A DNA stretch of 64,000 nt from an uncultured Alphaproteobacteria bacterium (GCA_963815055.1 CAWFEU010000009.1:158435-222434); one strand, 5' to 3'; counted from the first letter of the stretch, positions 19,453 to 29,660 are shown. The notes: generated from the sequence alone by a model not told the origin. A program made the numbers and translations.

Positions 19453-20646
19453 ATGATCGTTCGTCAGTTCCTGCATTGGGTGCGCCAGGCACCCGCCGGT
19501 GAGCGGGCCGAAGCTACGTCTGCGCTGGCGCGCGCCTATCTTTATTCCGATTTATCGCCCGATGACCTCGCAGCCGCGGAAGGCGCGATGATCATGCTAC
19601 TGGACGATCCCTCACCTTTAGTCCGGCACGCGCTGTCCGAGGCATTTGCATCAACCGACAAAGCGCCACGCATCGTGGTGCACGCACTCGCATCCGATCA
19701 GGCGGATGTCGCCTTACCCGTGCTGGCACATTCGCCGCTGCTTGATGATGATGATCTCGTCGACCTGATTGGCACCGGTGACGTGGATGTGCAGACCGTA
19801 ATTGCCGGGCGCTCGCCGTTGCCACGCGCGCTTGCCGCGGCCATCGCCGAAGTCGGATCGGCCGAAGCGTGTCTCACACTTCTGGAAAATTCCGGTGCCG
19901 ACATCGCGCATTTTTCGGTGGACCGCTTGGTCGACCGTTTTGGCCATCTTGCGCAAATCCGCGAGAACTTATTGGCTCGTGATGACCTGCCAATGGCGAT
20001 GCGGCAGGCGCTCCTGTCCAAGCTGTCGCAAACGCTTGCTGGCTTCGTTGCAGCAAGGCAATGGCTCGGTCCGGAGCACGCCGAATTCGCGACAAAAGAG
20101 GCCTGCGAAAAGGCAACAGTCGCGCTTGCGGCCGATACGCCTGATGAGGAAGTCGGGGCGCTCCTGCAACATTTACGCCATAGCGGCCAGCTCACCGCAG
20201 GCATGATTTTACGCGCGTTGCTGTCCGGAAATGTAGTCCTGTTTGAAGAGGCCCTTGCGGAATTGTCCGGCATGCCGGTTGACCGCGTCAGTAGCTACGT
20301 CCACGACAAGAATAGTTCGGGTTTCCGTGCGCTCTACCGCAAGGCGGGGCTGCCGGATGTCGCTTATCCGGCTTTCCGCGAGGCTTTGGCGGCAATTCGC
20401 GCGGGTCTTCTGGTCGGCGAGCAGGGCGGGGCGTCGCGCCTCAAGCGCCGCATCGTCGAGCGCGTATTAGATGCCTGCGCACACGAGCGTGGCGAGGACA
20501 GCACGTCGTTGTTGGCGCTCTTGAGGCGTTTCGCGGTCGAGGCTGCCCGCGAGGAAGCACGTCTATTCTGTGATGACTTGGTCGCCGATGCTCACATCAT
20601 TTCGGCCGATCACAATTTCGATGATCGGCAATTGGCTGCCGCCTAG
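19453..20646 (+). CDS. DUF2336 domain protein
   Basis: MIVRQFLHW...RAEATSALARAYL...LLDDPSPLVR...VALPVLAHSPLL, typical of rhizobial DUF2336 proteins. Confidence 0.85.
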   Translation: MIVRQFLHWVRQAPAGERAEATSALARAYLYSDLSPDDLAAAEGAMIMLLDDPSPLVRHALSEAFASTDKAPRIVVHALASDQADVALPVLAHSPLLDDDDLVDLIGTGDVDVQTVIAGRSPLPRALAAAIAEVGSAEACLTLLENSGADIAHFSVDRLVDRFGHLAQIRENLLARDDLPMAMRQALLSKLSQTLAGFVAARQWLGPEHAEFATKEACEKATVALAADTPDEEVGALLQHLRHSGQLTAGMILRALLSGNVVLFEEALAELSGMPVDRVSSYVHDKNSSGFRALYRKAGLPDVAYPAFREALAAIRAGLLVGEQGGASRLKRRIVERVLDACAHERGEDSTSLLALLRRFAVEAAREEARLFCDDLVADAHIISADHNFDDRQLAAA

Positions 20647-20667
20647 TATATTTCAGCGATTTATTCG

Positions 20668-21243
20668 CTATTCGGGCGCGATCGAGGGGGCCTTCAGCTG
20701 CTCAAGGACGTCCGGGCGGTCGTGGTTTTCCCGTATCAGGAACTCGTCAGTCACTTCGCGCAATCGCTTCGTCAACGTTGCGGCCAGCTTCCTGGCGTCT
20801 GAGCGAGCGTACTCACGATAAATTGCGCGCACAGCGTCGACATGCTGATCAATCAACTTGAGCGGAATGCTTGACTCAGCAGGTGTGTGTTCGATGAGCC
20901 TGCAAAGACTGTTCGCCGCAGATGCCACGGCGGGGTAACCGAATGTCGCGGCTTCGCCCTTGATATCGTGCGCTGCGCGGAACAGCGCCTCCTTGTTGGC
21001 TGCCGAGTGGCCATCTTTAAGCAGGTTGCGGCGGGCTGTATCGAGCCGCTCGCACTCGGAATCCATCCAGTTGGCGAATTCGGGAGACAGTTCGGCCAGT
21101 GCCTTTTCGGCGCGGGCCACCGGATCCTCGCCAGTCGCATCTGATGTTTCCCTGGATACCGCTCCACGGAGTTTGTTTTCCGGCACTATGACCTCGTGAT
21201 CGCCGTAGGTGACGATCGCTGCGGTGTCTTTTGAGCGGGCCAT
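20668..21243 (-). CDS. Hpt domain-containing protein
   Basis: LFRAAHDIKGEAATFGYP phosphotransfer His motif. Confidence 0.85.
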   Translation of the reverse strand: MARSKDTAAIVTYGDHEVIVPENKLRGAVSRETSDATGEDPVARAEKALAELSPEFANWMDSECERLDTARRNLLKDGHSAANKEALFRAAHDIKGEAATFGYPAVASAANSLCRLIEHTPAESSIPLKLIDQHVDAVRAIYREYARSDARKLAATLTKRLREVTDEFLIRENHDRPDVLEQLKAPSIAPE

Positions 21244-21258
21244 GACGGTTTGCCTTTG

Positions 21259-21804
21259 TCAGACCACGGTGCGGGCTTTGTCCAGCAAGGGGGTTTGCCT
21301 GATGACATCCGCCTTGCCGCCCTTTCGCCGCTCTGGGCCGATATAGTTCGAATTGATGTTGCGACGGCGATCGGGGCCGAAATAGGTCTTTGTCTTGATG
21401 AACGGGCGCGGATTGGCAACCACGTTTATGATTCGCTGGTAGAGCCCCTTTGCCGAAATCGGTTTGGCCAAAAATTCGGTAACGCCGGCGTCGCGCGCTG
21501 CAGTCACGCGCTTCTTTTCGGAGTGGCCGGTGAGCATGATAATGGCCACGTATGGATTGGCGTTGGCGCCGGGCTGACGGATCATCTGCATCAGTTCGAG
21601 GCCATCAAAGATCGGCATCGCCCAGTCGGTGATAACGATGTCGGGGAGATAATGCGTGAACGCTTCAAGACCGGCGGCGCCATCCTCCGCTTCATAGACT
21701 TCGCGGGCGCCGAAACCATGCAGCAGTGTACGCAATATGCGGCGCATATGCGTGTTGTCGTCAATGACGAGGAAGCGCAACCGGTTGAAATCGATACGGA
21801 CCAT
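21259..21804 (-). CDS. CheY-like response regulator with Cle-type arginine-rich c-di-GMP-binding tail
   Basis: Receiver motifs DD, D(WAMP), T and KP, plus tandem YFGPDRR / YIGPERR motifs. Confidence 0.85.
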   Translation of the reverse strand: MVRIDFNRLRFLVIDDNTHMRRILRTLLHGFGAREVYEAEDGAAGLEAFTHYLPDIVITDWAMPIFDGLELMQMIRQPGANANPYVAIIMLTGHSEKKRVTAARDAGVTEFLAKPISAKGLYQRIINVVANPRPFIKTKTYFGPDRRRNINSNYIGPERRKGGKADVIRQTPLLDKARTVV

Positions 21805-21867
21805 GGTGCCCCGGACCTCGGGCGCGCCTGCAGCCCGGTACCGTGGCCCTGAAACTAACGGTGCCCC

Positions 21868-21883
21868 GTTAACGAATGGTTTA
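21868..21883 (-). promoter_or_regulatory. CtrA-like site upstream of the Cle-like gene
   Basis: Minus strand TAAA-ccattcg-TTAAC. Confidence 0.5.
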
Positions 21884-21896
21884 GGAAGGCGTCGCG

Positions 21897-24008
21897 CTAT
21901 TCTTTCAGCAACGCGCCCATGATCCGATCGCGTGTCAGCGGCAAGTCGCGGATACGAGCGCCAAGCGCGTGCGACACGGCATTGCCGATTGCCGCTGCGG
22001 TCGGCCCCGCGGTGGCCTCACCGACGCCAAGTGGTACATCATCTTTGGTGTTGATGAGTTCGATGTCGATTTCCGGCACTTCGCTGAATTTCAGGACCGG
22101 ATACGTCTCCCAGTCGAATGCGGCAACACCGTTGTCGAAACGGACTTGCTCCTTGAGAACCCAGCTTGCCGACTGAATGATACCGCCTTCGAGCTGGTTC
22201 ATCGCTCCATCGGGATTGACCACAAGCCCCGCATCGGTTGCACACCACACGTGGTTCAGGCGGATTTCTTCGTCGACTGAAAGATCGACGACTACCGCGG
22301 AGTAGGCGGCCCGGTTCTTGTAGCGGGCGAACGCAATGCCCCGGCCGCGCCCTGATCCGCCCGGTCCTTTCGGATCCCAGTGTGCCATGGCGGCGACCTT
22401 CTCGATCACCGCGCGTGCGCGCGCATCGCCGGTGATTGAAAGACGATATTGGACGGGATCCTGCCCGGCGCGTTCCGCCAATTCGTCGAAGCAGCATTCG
22501 AGCGCAAATACGTTTGGCATTGCGCCTAGCCCGCGCAGCGCGGATGTGCGCACTGGCGATTCCGTTACCAGATGATGGAGGATGCGCTTGGCGGGAATGT
22601 CATAGAGCGGCTCACCATTGCGGGTGGCGCCGCCGCCATTCGATTCCGGCACGTCATTTGGCGGCGGCTCGGGTGGCGGATCTGGCAGGGCCAAGGCGCC
22701 GAGCAGATTGCCACCGGCGCCCGGCCGCAGATTATGCGTCGGGCTCCAGATTTCCTGCGTCCAGTCGACGGGTTTGCCATTGTCGTCGACCAAGGCGCGC
22801 ACTTTTACGATCATCGCGGGGGTTTTCGGCTCGTAGATGAATTCTTCCTCGCGCCGCCAACGCACGCGGACCGGCTGTCCCGGCCTCTGCATCGCGATGA
22901 TGGCGGCGTCCGCAGCGGCATCGTCGGCGCCGTTGTGACCGTAGCAGCCGGACCCCTGCACGTGATGAACAATGATCGAGGACGGCTCGAGTTTGAGCGT
23001 TTTTGCCAGGGCTCCCCGCAGCGGAAAGACGCCCTGGCAATGGGTCCAGACCGTCAGCTTGCCGTCCTGAAAGAGCGCAAGTCCGCACGAGGGCGAGATC
23101 GAGGCATGAGCAAGATAGCCGCGCGTGTATGTTCGTTCAAAATGCTCGCGACCTTTGGGATCAGCCGGCGCAGCGCCGAAAACACGGTCAACCGCCGGCC
23201 GCTGCAACAGCCAGTTGGCTTCCTGTTGGGTCGCAGTCGGTACCTCCACATTCTGCCAGGCAACGTGACTGAGTGCCGCGGCACCGGCCGCTTCGACAAT
23301 CGTTTCGTCGTCGCCGACGATTGCGAGAAAGTTTCCGTTCCGCACGAATGCGATCGGGCCTTTCGCCGCGCGGCGAATAGCCGGTTCGTCGATCGCGCCG
23401 ATCGTTGCCCCGCGGTTCGGCTGGCGCACAACACGGGCGTGCACCATGCCATCGAGCTGCATATCGTGGATGAAGATGGCATTGCCAAAAATCTTGGCAG
23501 GAAGATCGAGCCGAGCACTGCTCGCGCCAATATTCTTAAGTTCGGCGACGCGCTTGCGAACTCCATTTCCTGTCGCTTTGGTGGAGAGGTCGATCGCACC
23601 GGCGAGCGTCCAATAGTCTTGTCCGGTTGACGTGTTGCCGCGATAGATGCTGCCGTCGCGGATGGACAATTCGTCCACTTTGCAGGCGAGGATTTTGGCG
23701 GCCTGTTCGAGGAAAAGTGCGCGCACGTCGGCGCACGCTTGCCGCATGGCGACGCCGCCAAATTGAATCGACTGGCTGCCGGCCGTGTACCCTTCGTTCG
23801 GCGCCTTCTCCGTGTCCGCGGATCGCACGGTGATACGCTCGATTGCAACATCGAGTTCGTCGGCGGCAATCTGCGCCATGGCGGTGAGTACGCCTTGCCC
23901 GAGTTCGACCCGGCCGGTGAGTACGGTCACCTTGCCGGGTGCCGGAAACGTCACCCACCGGTCGAGATAAGGATTGTCATTGAGCGGGCCGGGCAGAGGG
24001 GCGTTCAT
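21897..24008 (-). CDS. Xanthine-oxidase-family molybdopterin-binding subunit (IorB/NicB-like)
   Basis: GRVELGQG, TAGSQS, GSGCYGHNG, NPDGAMNQLEGG and GVGE motifs. Confidence 0.88.
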   Translation of the reverse strand: MNAPLPGPLNDNPYLDRWVTFPAPGKVTVLTGRVELGQGVLTAMAQIAADELDVAIERITVRSADTEKAPNEGYTAGSQSIQFGGVAMRQACADVRALFLEQAAKILACKVDELSIRDGSIYRGNTSTGQDYWTLAGAIDLSTKATGNGVRKRVAELKNIGASSARLDLPAKIFGNAIFIHDMQLDGMVHARVVRQPNRGATIGAIDEPAIRRAAKGPIAFVRNGNFLAIVGDDETIVEAAGAAALSHVAWQNVEVPTATQQEANWLLQRPAVDRVFGAAPADPKGREHFERTYTRGYLAHASISPSCGLALFQDGKLTVWTHCQGVFPLRGALAKTLKLEPSSIIVHHVQGSGCYGHNGADDAAADAAIIAMQRPGQPVRVRWRREEEFIYEPKTPAMIVKVRALVDDNGKPVDWTQEIWSPTHNLRPGAGGNLLGALALPDPPPEPPPNDVPESNGGGATRNGEPLYDIPAKRILHHLVTESPVRTSALRGLGAMPNVFALECCFDELAERAGQDPVQYRLSITGDARARAVIEKVAAMAHWDPKGPGGSGRGRGIAFARYKNRAAYSAVVVDLSVDEEIRLNHVWCATDAGLVVNPDGAMNQLEGGIIQSASWVLKEQVRFDNGVAAFDWETYPVLKFSEVPEIDIELINTKDDVPLGVGEATAGPTAAAIGNAVSHALGARIRDLPLTRDRIMGALLKE

Positions 24009-24022
24009 GGCATTTTTCCACT

Positions 24023-24095
24023 GCGCATGATCTCGTCCGAAAACCGGTGTCCATCCCCGATCGGGGTCGAGGACATGCTTTTCGGGATCATGCGC
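24023..24095. repeat. Palindromic rhizobial intergenic repeat (GCATGATC..CCGAAAA type) with a nested hairpin
   Basis: GCGCATGATC...GATCATGCGC terminal inverted repeat; inner CCCCGATCGGGG palindrome. Confidence 0.7.
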
Positions 24096-24573
24096 TTACT
24101 CCGTTGCGCAAAGCCGCGGCCGCCGCTTCAACGGCGCGGATTATCCGGTTGTGCGAACCACAGCGGCAAATATTTCCATCAAGCGCTGCTGCGATTTGCG
24201 CACGCGTCGGACTTGGGTTCTTGTCAAGCAGCGCCTTGGCCGAAATCAAAATGCCTGCGAGGCAGTAACCGCATTGGCCGGCCTGGTGATCGATAAAGGC
24301 CTGTTGCAGCGGATGCGGCTTTGCCGCATTACCAAGGCCCTCGACGGTGATGACTTGCTTGCCGGCGACGCTCCATACAGGTTTTGTGCAGCACTTTTCG
24401 GGCGCTCCGTCGACGAGCACCATGCAGCAGCCGCACTGCTCAAGCCCGCAGCCGAAGCGCGTTCCCACCAGCCCGAGGTCGTTGCGCAATATGTTGAGCA
24501 GCGGAGTCTCTTCGTTGTCGAGCGTAAGGCTGACGGCTTTGCCGTTGACGGTGAAGGCGAAGGTTTTGCTCAT
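24088..24573 (-). CDS. (2Fe-2S)-binding small subunit (IorA/CoxS-like)
   Basis: GCGLEQCGCC, QCGYC and NICRCG motifs. Confidence 0.92.
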   Translation of the reverse strand: MSKTFAFTVNGKAVSLTLDNEETPLLNILRNDLGLVGTRFGCGLEQCGCCMVLVDGAPEKCCTKPVWSVAGKQVITVEGLGNAAKPHPLQQAFIDHQAGQCGYCLAGILISAKALLDKNPSPTRAQIAAALDGNICRCGSHNRIIRAVEAAAAALRNGVSA

Positions 24574-24590
24574 AAAGGGGTCTCTCAGTC

Positions 24591-24709
24591 GTCATGCCCG
24601 GCCGTAGCCGTCCGGAAGGACGGCGTGCTTCGCACGCCTATGTGCCGGGCATCTACGTCTTGTTTCAACGAAGAAAGGCGTGGATGGCCGGGACGAGCCC
24701 GGCCATGAC
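24591..24709. repeat. REP-like GTCATG(G/C)CCGG...CCGGCCATGAC element
   Basis: Terminal inverted repeats and internal hairpins (GCCGTCC-GGAA-GGACGGC, GGCGTGC-TTC-GCACGCC, CCGGGACGAGCCCGG). Confidence 0.72.
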
Positions 24710-24744
24710 AAGTCTTCACCTTGTTTACAGCCCGTCGGCATTTT

Positions 24745-25527
24745 CTAGAAGCCGAACTGCTCGCGAAGAATGCGTTCGTCGAGATTGTGGCCCGGATCGA
24801 ACAGCATGTTGATCGATATATCGTGGTCCATTCGTATGTCGACGTTGCGCACGGAGCGGACTTCGTCATGGTCGGCGACGGCGGCGACCGGACGCTTGTC
24901 GGCTTCGTTTACCTCGATCGTGACCTTGGCCTTATCTGGCAGCAATGCTCCGCGCCAGCGGCGCGGCCGGAATGGGCTGATCGGTGTCAGCGCAAGCATT
25001 GGTGCATTGATCGGGATGATTGCGCCTTGCGCGGACAGGTTATAGGCCGTCGAACCCGCCGGCGTTGCAACCAAAACGCCGTCGGCGACCAGTTCGGCGA
25101 GTCTTTCCTGTCCATCAATCATGATACGCAGGTGGGCTGCCTGTGCGCTTTGCCGGAACAGCGACACCTCGTTAATAGCGCGATGTTCGTGGGTGCGCCC
25201 TTGCGCGTCACGGGCTTGCATAACGAGGGGGTGAATGACGGTGATATGCGCGGCCGCCAGTCGTTCGACCAAACCTTCCTCGACGAATTCATTCATCAGG
25301 AAGCCGACCGTGCCGCGATGCATGCCGTAGATCGGCTTGCCGGATTTCATGAACTTGTGCAGGGTTTGCAGCATTAAACCGTCGCCGCCGAGTGCGACGA
25401 TAACGTCGGCTTTGGCGGGATCGGAGTTGCCGTAACGCTTTTCCAGCCGTGAATAGGCCTCGCGCGCCTCGGGTGTCTGACTGGCGACGAAGGCAATGTG
25501 CTCGAAACGCTTGGCCGGTCGGCTCAT
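24745..25527 (-). CDS. nadK: NAD kinase
   Basis: GGDG, NE and [19 protein letters not shown] motifs. Confidence 0.93.
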   Translation of the reverse strand: MSRPAKRFEHIAFVASQTPEAREAYSRLEKRYGNSDPAKADVIVALGGDGLMLQTLHKFMKSGKPIYGMHRGTVGFLMNEFVEEGLVERLAAAHITVIHPLVMQARDAQGRTHEHRAINEVSLFRQSAQAAHLRIMIDGQERLAELVADGVLVATPAGSTAYNLSAQGAIIPINAPMLALTPISPFRPRRWRGALLPDKAKVTIEVNEADKRPVAAVADHDEVRSVRNVDIRMDHDISINMLFDPGHNLDERILREQFGF

Positions 25528-25541
25528 GAAGGGACCTGACG

Positions 25542-25862
25542 ATGGAACGCGCGGTGCTCGTCTATACGACTTGGCCATCGATTGTCGAGGCGGAGCGGGC
25601 AGGGCGCGCCATCGTCGAGCGTCGGCTGGCGGCTTGCGTGAACATCCTGCCGGGAATGATTTCGCACTATTGGTGGGATGGCAAGATCGAGCGGGCCGAG
25701 GAGGTCGTTATGCTCGTGAAAACCCGGGCCGCGCTTGCCGGGGCTGTGGGGGATGCCGTGAAAGAGCGCCACAGCTATACCATCCCGGCGATCATGACCC
25801 TGTCTGTCGATAACGTGGATCCGGACTACCAGGCGTGGATCACGAGGGAGACCGCCCGATAG
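25542..25862 (+). CDS. cutA: Divalent-cation tolerance protein CutA
   Basis: [17 protein letters not shown] and HSYTIP motifs. Confidence 0.9.
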   Translation: MERAVLVYTTWPSIVEAERAGRAIVERRLAACVNILPGMISHYWWDGKIERAEEVVMLVKTRAALAGAVGDAVKERHSYTIPAIMTLSVDNVDPDYQAWITRETAR

Positions 25863-25976
25863 AATCTCGCGGGTCGCATTTCCGTCGATGACGTTGCTCA
25901 CCTTGCAGCATTGCTCGTATTGCAAACGCTGCCACGGCCGCTTAACTCACCTCGGCGTTCAAGAGAACATTTTACC

Positions 25977-26172
25977 GTGCTGGTTCCCCGAGTCACATCG
26001 GGGACGAAAGAGGGAACACGGACACGACAAATTCGAGGCTTCGAATTTGGAGCAATCCGTGGCTGCCCCCGCAACTGTGAGCGGCGAGCCTTAGGTCCAA
26101 AACAGCCACTGGGAAACTGGGAAGGCTGGACCACAAAGGTAACGACCCGCGAGCCAGGAGACCTGCCAGCAC
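25977..26172 (+). ncRNA. Cobalamin (B12) riboswitch
   Basis: P1 GTGCTGG/CCAGCAC, AAAGAGGGAA, CTGCCCCCGCAACTGT, GCCACTGGGAAACTGGGAAGG and B12 box GAGCCAGGAGACCTGCC; lies upstream of a TonB receptor. Confidence 0.93.
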
Positions 26173-26391
26173 AGTCACCCAACCGGTGGACGGGGCGTCC
26201 ATACGGAGCGGTCTTTCGCAGCGGTGACGGCAATGCCGGTGCGAAGGCCGTGAGAGCGAAAACTCACACGACATTCCGCACGTGAGCCCCGCGCGCCGCT
26301 GCCCGGGTTTCTCACTGCGTCCTTTGCATCGGGCCTGGTCATCACCCGATGCGTTCGCATGCGCGAACGCAAACGAAGGAACGTCTGTGTC

Positions 26392-28440
26392 ATGGGACTC
26401 AAAATATCGCGTTTGGGCGCAATTTTGTTGCTCACGCTCTTTCTTGCGCAGACTGCCGGTGCGCAAAACACCTCGCAGGTGCTCCCGACGATCGATGTCT
26501 GGGCGACCCGCACCGGCACGGGAATTGTCGGCACTTCCAGCAGCGTTATCACGGCGGCAGACATCGCCCGCTCGCCGGGGACCACGATCCAGGACGTCCT
26601 GTCACGCGAAGCCGGCATCCAGACCTGGAGCACAACCGGCGGCGATAACGGCGCGACCACGACGGTCGACCTGCGGGGCTTCGGCGCAAACGCGTCGTCC
26701 AACACGCTGTTTCTGCTCAATGGCCGCCGCTTGAACGATATCGATCTCCTTGGCGTCGACCTGAGCACAATCCCGAAGGATAGCATCGAGCGCATCGAGA
26801 TTACGCGTGGCAACAGCGGCGCGGTGCTGTACGGCGGCGGCGCAGTTGGTGGCGTCATCAACATTATTACCAAGACCGGCGCAGGATTTCCGCCGACCGC
26901 ACGAGTCGAAACCGGTGCAGGTTCGTTTAATCAGCGCGAGCTCAACGGCTCGGCGGCGGTATCGAGCGGTCCCTTTGCGGCGTCGGTCTTTGCCAACGGG
27001 GTCGATTCCAATGGGTACCGCGTCAACAGCGTGCTGCGGCAGCGTAACGCGATCGGCGATTTGCGCTACACCGGCAGTGAAGGCAGCGCATGGTTCAACA
27101 TCGTCGGGGATGAACAGCATCTCGGACTGCCGGGCGCACGCCTTGTCGACCAAGCCGCCGGAATCGACGAGCTCGTCACCGATCGCCGCGGCGCGACCAC
27201 GCCGACCGCCTTCGCTGACAAGACGGGCGGGGGCGTCATCCTCGGCGTTTCGCGTGTGATAGGTCAGGGAGTCGAGCTGATCGTTGACGGAAATCTGCGA
27301 CGGAAGGACCAGACAGCATTTTCGACGCTGTTTGGATTCGATACGTCCGACATCCGCGAGCTCACGACCGGTTCGATCACGCCGCGCGCGAATATCGACA
27401 CCCAGATCGCGGGATTGCCGACCAAAATTACTGCCGGCATCGACTATTACAATTCGCAGCTTGAGGCCAAACGCAGCGTTGCGCTGAACGATCCGCCGTA
27501 TCACACCTACAATCTTCGTCAGCAATCGACCGGGATCTATGCGCAGCAGACCCTTGCCGTCCTGCCGACGACTGATCTCTCGTGGGGCGGGCGGCTCGAG
27601 CAGATGCGGCTGTCCGCCCATGACCGTTTCGACCCGACAGCGCCAGGTGCATTTCCGCCTTTCGACGCTGAGGCGACGCCGCTCGATCAAACCGAAACAA
27701 ATCACGCGCTCCACTTTGGCTTCGAGCACAGATTCTCGCCGATGCTCGCGGTCTTCGGCCGTGTCGCGCGCAGTTTTCGCACGCCGAATGTCGATGAGCG
27801 CATCGGCGTGAATGCGTTTCCGGTCGATTTCAATCTGAAAACCCAGACTTCACGCGACATCGAGGGCGGACTGCGCGGACGTTTCGGCAGGTTCGCCTGG
27901 CAATCCAGCGTCTACGACATGGAGCTCAACAACGAGATTTTGTTTATCCCGTTTCCGCCGATCGGCGCCAATATCAATCTCGACCCGACGCGGCGCTATG
28001 GTTTGGAGACCACTGCATCGTTCGATGTCACCGAGACGACGCGGCTCACAGGGACACTTTCCTATACCCGCGCAAAATTCCGCGATGGCATCTACGATGG
28101 CAACGACGTTCCGCTGGTTTCGCGCTGGTGGGGCAATATTGGAGTTTCGACCGATCTCTACAAAAAATACGTCGTGTTGGATGCCGTGGTTCGCTATGTC
28201 GGCGCGCGGCGCATGGACAACGATCAGGCAAACTTCCAGCCGTTGATTCCCGAACACACAACGATGGATGTGCGGCTGGGCGGCCAAATTAAAAACCTGT
28301 TCTGGTCAGTTGCCGTGCAGAACCTGTTCAATGTCCTGTATTTCGATTACGCGGTGGCGAGTTCGGCAACATTTGGCCGATACAATGCCTATCCGCTGCC
28401 GGGCCGCGCGTTCATGGCAAAAGCGGGCGTTACATTTTGA
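26392..28440 (+). CDS. btuB: TonB-dependent receptor, probable cobalamin receptor (BtuB-like)
   Basis: Plug motifs (DLRGFG, LLNGRR, IERIEITRG..AVLYG), C-terminal Phe, and control by a B12 riboswitch. Confidence 0.82.
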   Translation: MGLKISRLGAILLLTLFLAQTAGAQNTSQVLPTIDVWATRTGTGIVGTSSSVITAADIARSPGTTIQDVLSREAGIQTWSTTGGDNGATTTVDLRGFGANASSNTLFLLNGRRLNDIDLLGVDLSTIPKDSIERIEITRGNSGAVLYGGGAVGGVINIITKTGAGFPPTARVETGAGSFNQRELNGSAAVSSGPFAASVFANGVDSNGYRVNSVLRQRNAIGDLRYTGSEGSAWFNIVGDEQHLGLPGARLVDQAAGIDELVTDRRGATTPTAFADKTGGGVILGVSRVIGQGVELIVDGNLRRKDQTAFSTLFGFDTSDIRELTTGSITPRANIDTQIAGLPTKITAGIDYYNSQLEAKRSVALNDPPYHTYNLRQQSTGIYAQQTLAVLPTTDLSWGGRLEQMRLSAHDRFDPTAPGAFPPFDAEATPLDQTETNHALHFGFEHRFSPMLAVFGRVARSFRTPNVDERIGVNAFPVDFNLKTQTSRDIEGGLRGRFGRFAWQSSVYDMELNNEILFIPFPPIGANINLDPTRRYGLETTASFDVTETTRLTGTLSYTRAKFRDGIYDGNDVPLVSRWWGNIGVSTDLYKKYVVLDAVVRYVGARRMDNDQANFQPLIPEHTTMDVRLGGQIKNLFWSVAVQNLFNVLYFDYAVASSATFGRYNAYPLPGRAFMAKAGVTF

Positions 28441-28543
28441 GCAGTCCGAAGTGGTGATGGGCTCAACGGCCTCTCTGGCCGATCCCGCACCAGTCGCTAT
28501 GATTGAACCGGAGCAGGGGATCAGGTGAATGCGGGCTGCACCG

Positions 28544-28969
28544 ATGAAACATATTGCGCTGTTGGGGGCTGCGGTGGCGACCGTTGCGCTGGGTGGCTGT
28601 ACAACTGACGTTGGGCCAAGCGCCGCTGAGCTGAAGTCAAAATGGGATGCGGAAAATGTTTTTCCGCAAGCCTACAGGCAGGACCTGCTGGCCTATCTGC
28701 GCACCTATCTCAACGATCCTTCGCGCGTGCGCGGGGCCGCCGTATCGCAGCCGCAGCTCAAATATATCGGCCCCGGTGACAGGTACGTCGCGTGCGTTCG
28801 CTTCAATGCGCGCAATAACGACGGAAAATATCAGGGATCAAAAGACGGTGCCGCGGTCTACGTGGCGGGCAAGCTCGATCGCTTCTTCGATATTCCAAAG
28901 GATGTGCGCGAGCTTTGTAAAGACGCGGCCTTTGCCCCATTTCCGGAGTTGGAAAAGCTGGCGCGCTAA
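28544..28969 (+). CDS. Hypothetical lipoprotein
   Basis: Lipobox LGGC after a hydrophobic signal; YVACVRFNARN motif. Confidence 0.75.
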   Translation: MKHIALLGAAVATVALGGCTTDVGPSAAELKSKWDAENVFPQAYRQDLLAYLRTYLNDPSRVRGAAVSQPQLKYIGPGDRYVACVRFNARNNDGKYQGSKDGAAVYVAGKLDRFFDIPKDVRELCKDAAFAPFPELEKLAR

Positions 28970-29084
28970 CGCACCGGCTTGGGGCTCCGTGTCAAAGCGC
29001 AGACGAGCAACGACCGCCGGGCTCAAACAGCTCGGCGGCGCAAGATGCAGACAGAACGGCCGAAAGCAGCCTCGGGCTACGAGG

Positions 29085-29288
29085 TCACTTAACCTTGAGG
29101 TTCTCCGCGGACGTCTTTCCGCGGTTCTCGACGAGTTCGAACTGAACGGTCTGTCCCTCGTTCAGCGTGCTAAGTCCGGCGCGTTCGACCGCCGAGATGT
29201 GCACAAACACATCCTTCCCGCCTTCTTGGGGCTGGATGAAGCCATAGCCCTTCGTCGGATTGAACCACTTTACGGTGCCCTGAGGCAT
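29085..29288 (-). CDS. Cold-shock protein (CspA family)
   Basis: [15 protein letters not shown] and [11 protein letters not shown] motifs. Confidence 0.95.
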   Translation of the reverse strand: MPQGTVKWFNPTKGYGFIQPQEGGKDVFVHISAVERAGLSTLNEGQTVQFELVENRGKTSAENLKVK

Positions 29289-29414
29289 GCTAGATCTCCG
29301 AAGTATTACCAACACCACAGTGTGCCACAGTCTTTAACCGGCGAACAAGGTCCCTTTGGGTATCTTGGGGCAGTTCGGGCGGGGGTCGTTCGCCGATCAT
29401 GCACGCCTGATTCC

Positions 29415-29488
29415 GGTGCCGGGTGAGGGAATTGAACCCCCGACCAACGGTTTACAAAACCGCTGCTCTACCGCTGAGCTAACCCGGC
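29415..29488 (-). tRNA. tRNA-Thr (anticodon TGT)
   Basis: GCCGGGT-TAGCTCAGCGGTAGAGC-AGCGGT-TTTGTAA-ACCG...GGTTCAATTCC...ACCCGGC-A cloverleaf. The 3' end reads ACCG, so CCA is not fully encoded. Confidence 0.93.
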
Positions 29489-29660
29489 AAACTGGGGACT
29501 TCTAAATGGTCCATAACGAAATTGCCACCGGGTTGCCGCCGGGCGCCGACCAGGAAGGGTGATCCCCCCGAGCGCCGGGTGGCGGCCTCGACCTGAACGG
29601 ATAGCGAAAGTTCGTGCGCTGACTTCTGGTACTCAAAATTGCCCGCAGGCGATGCGGGGA

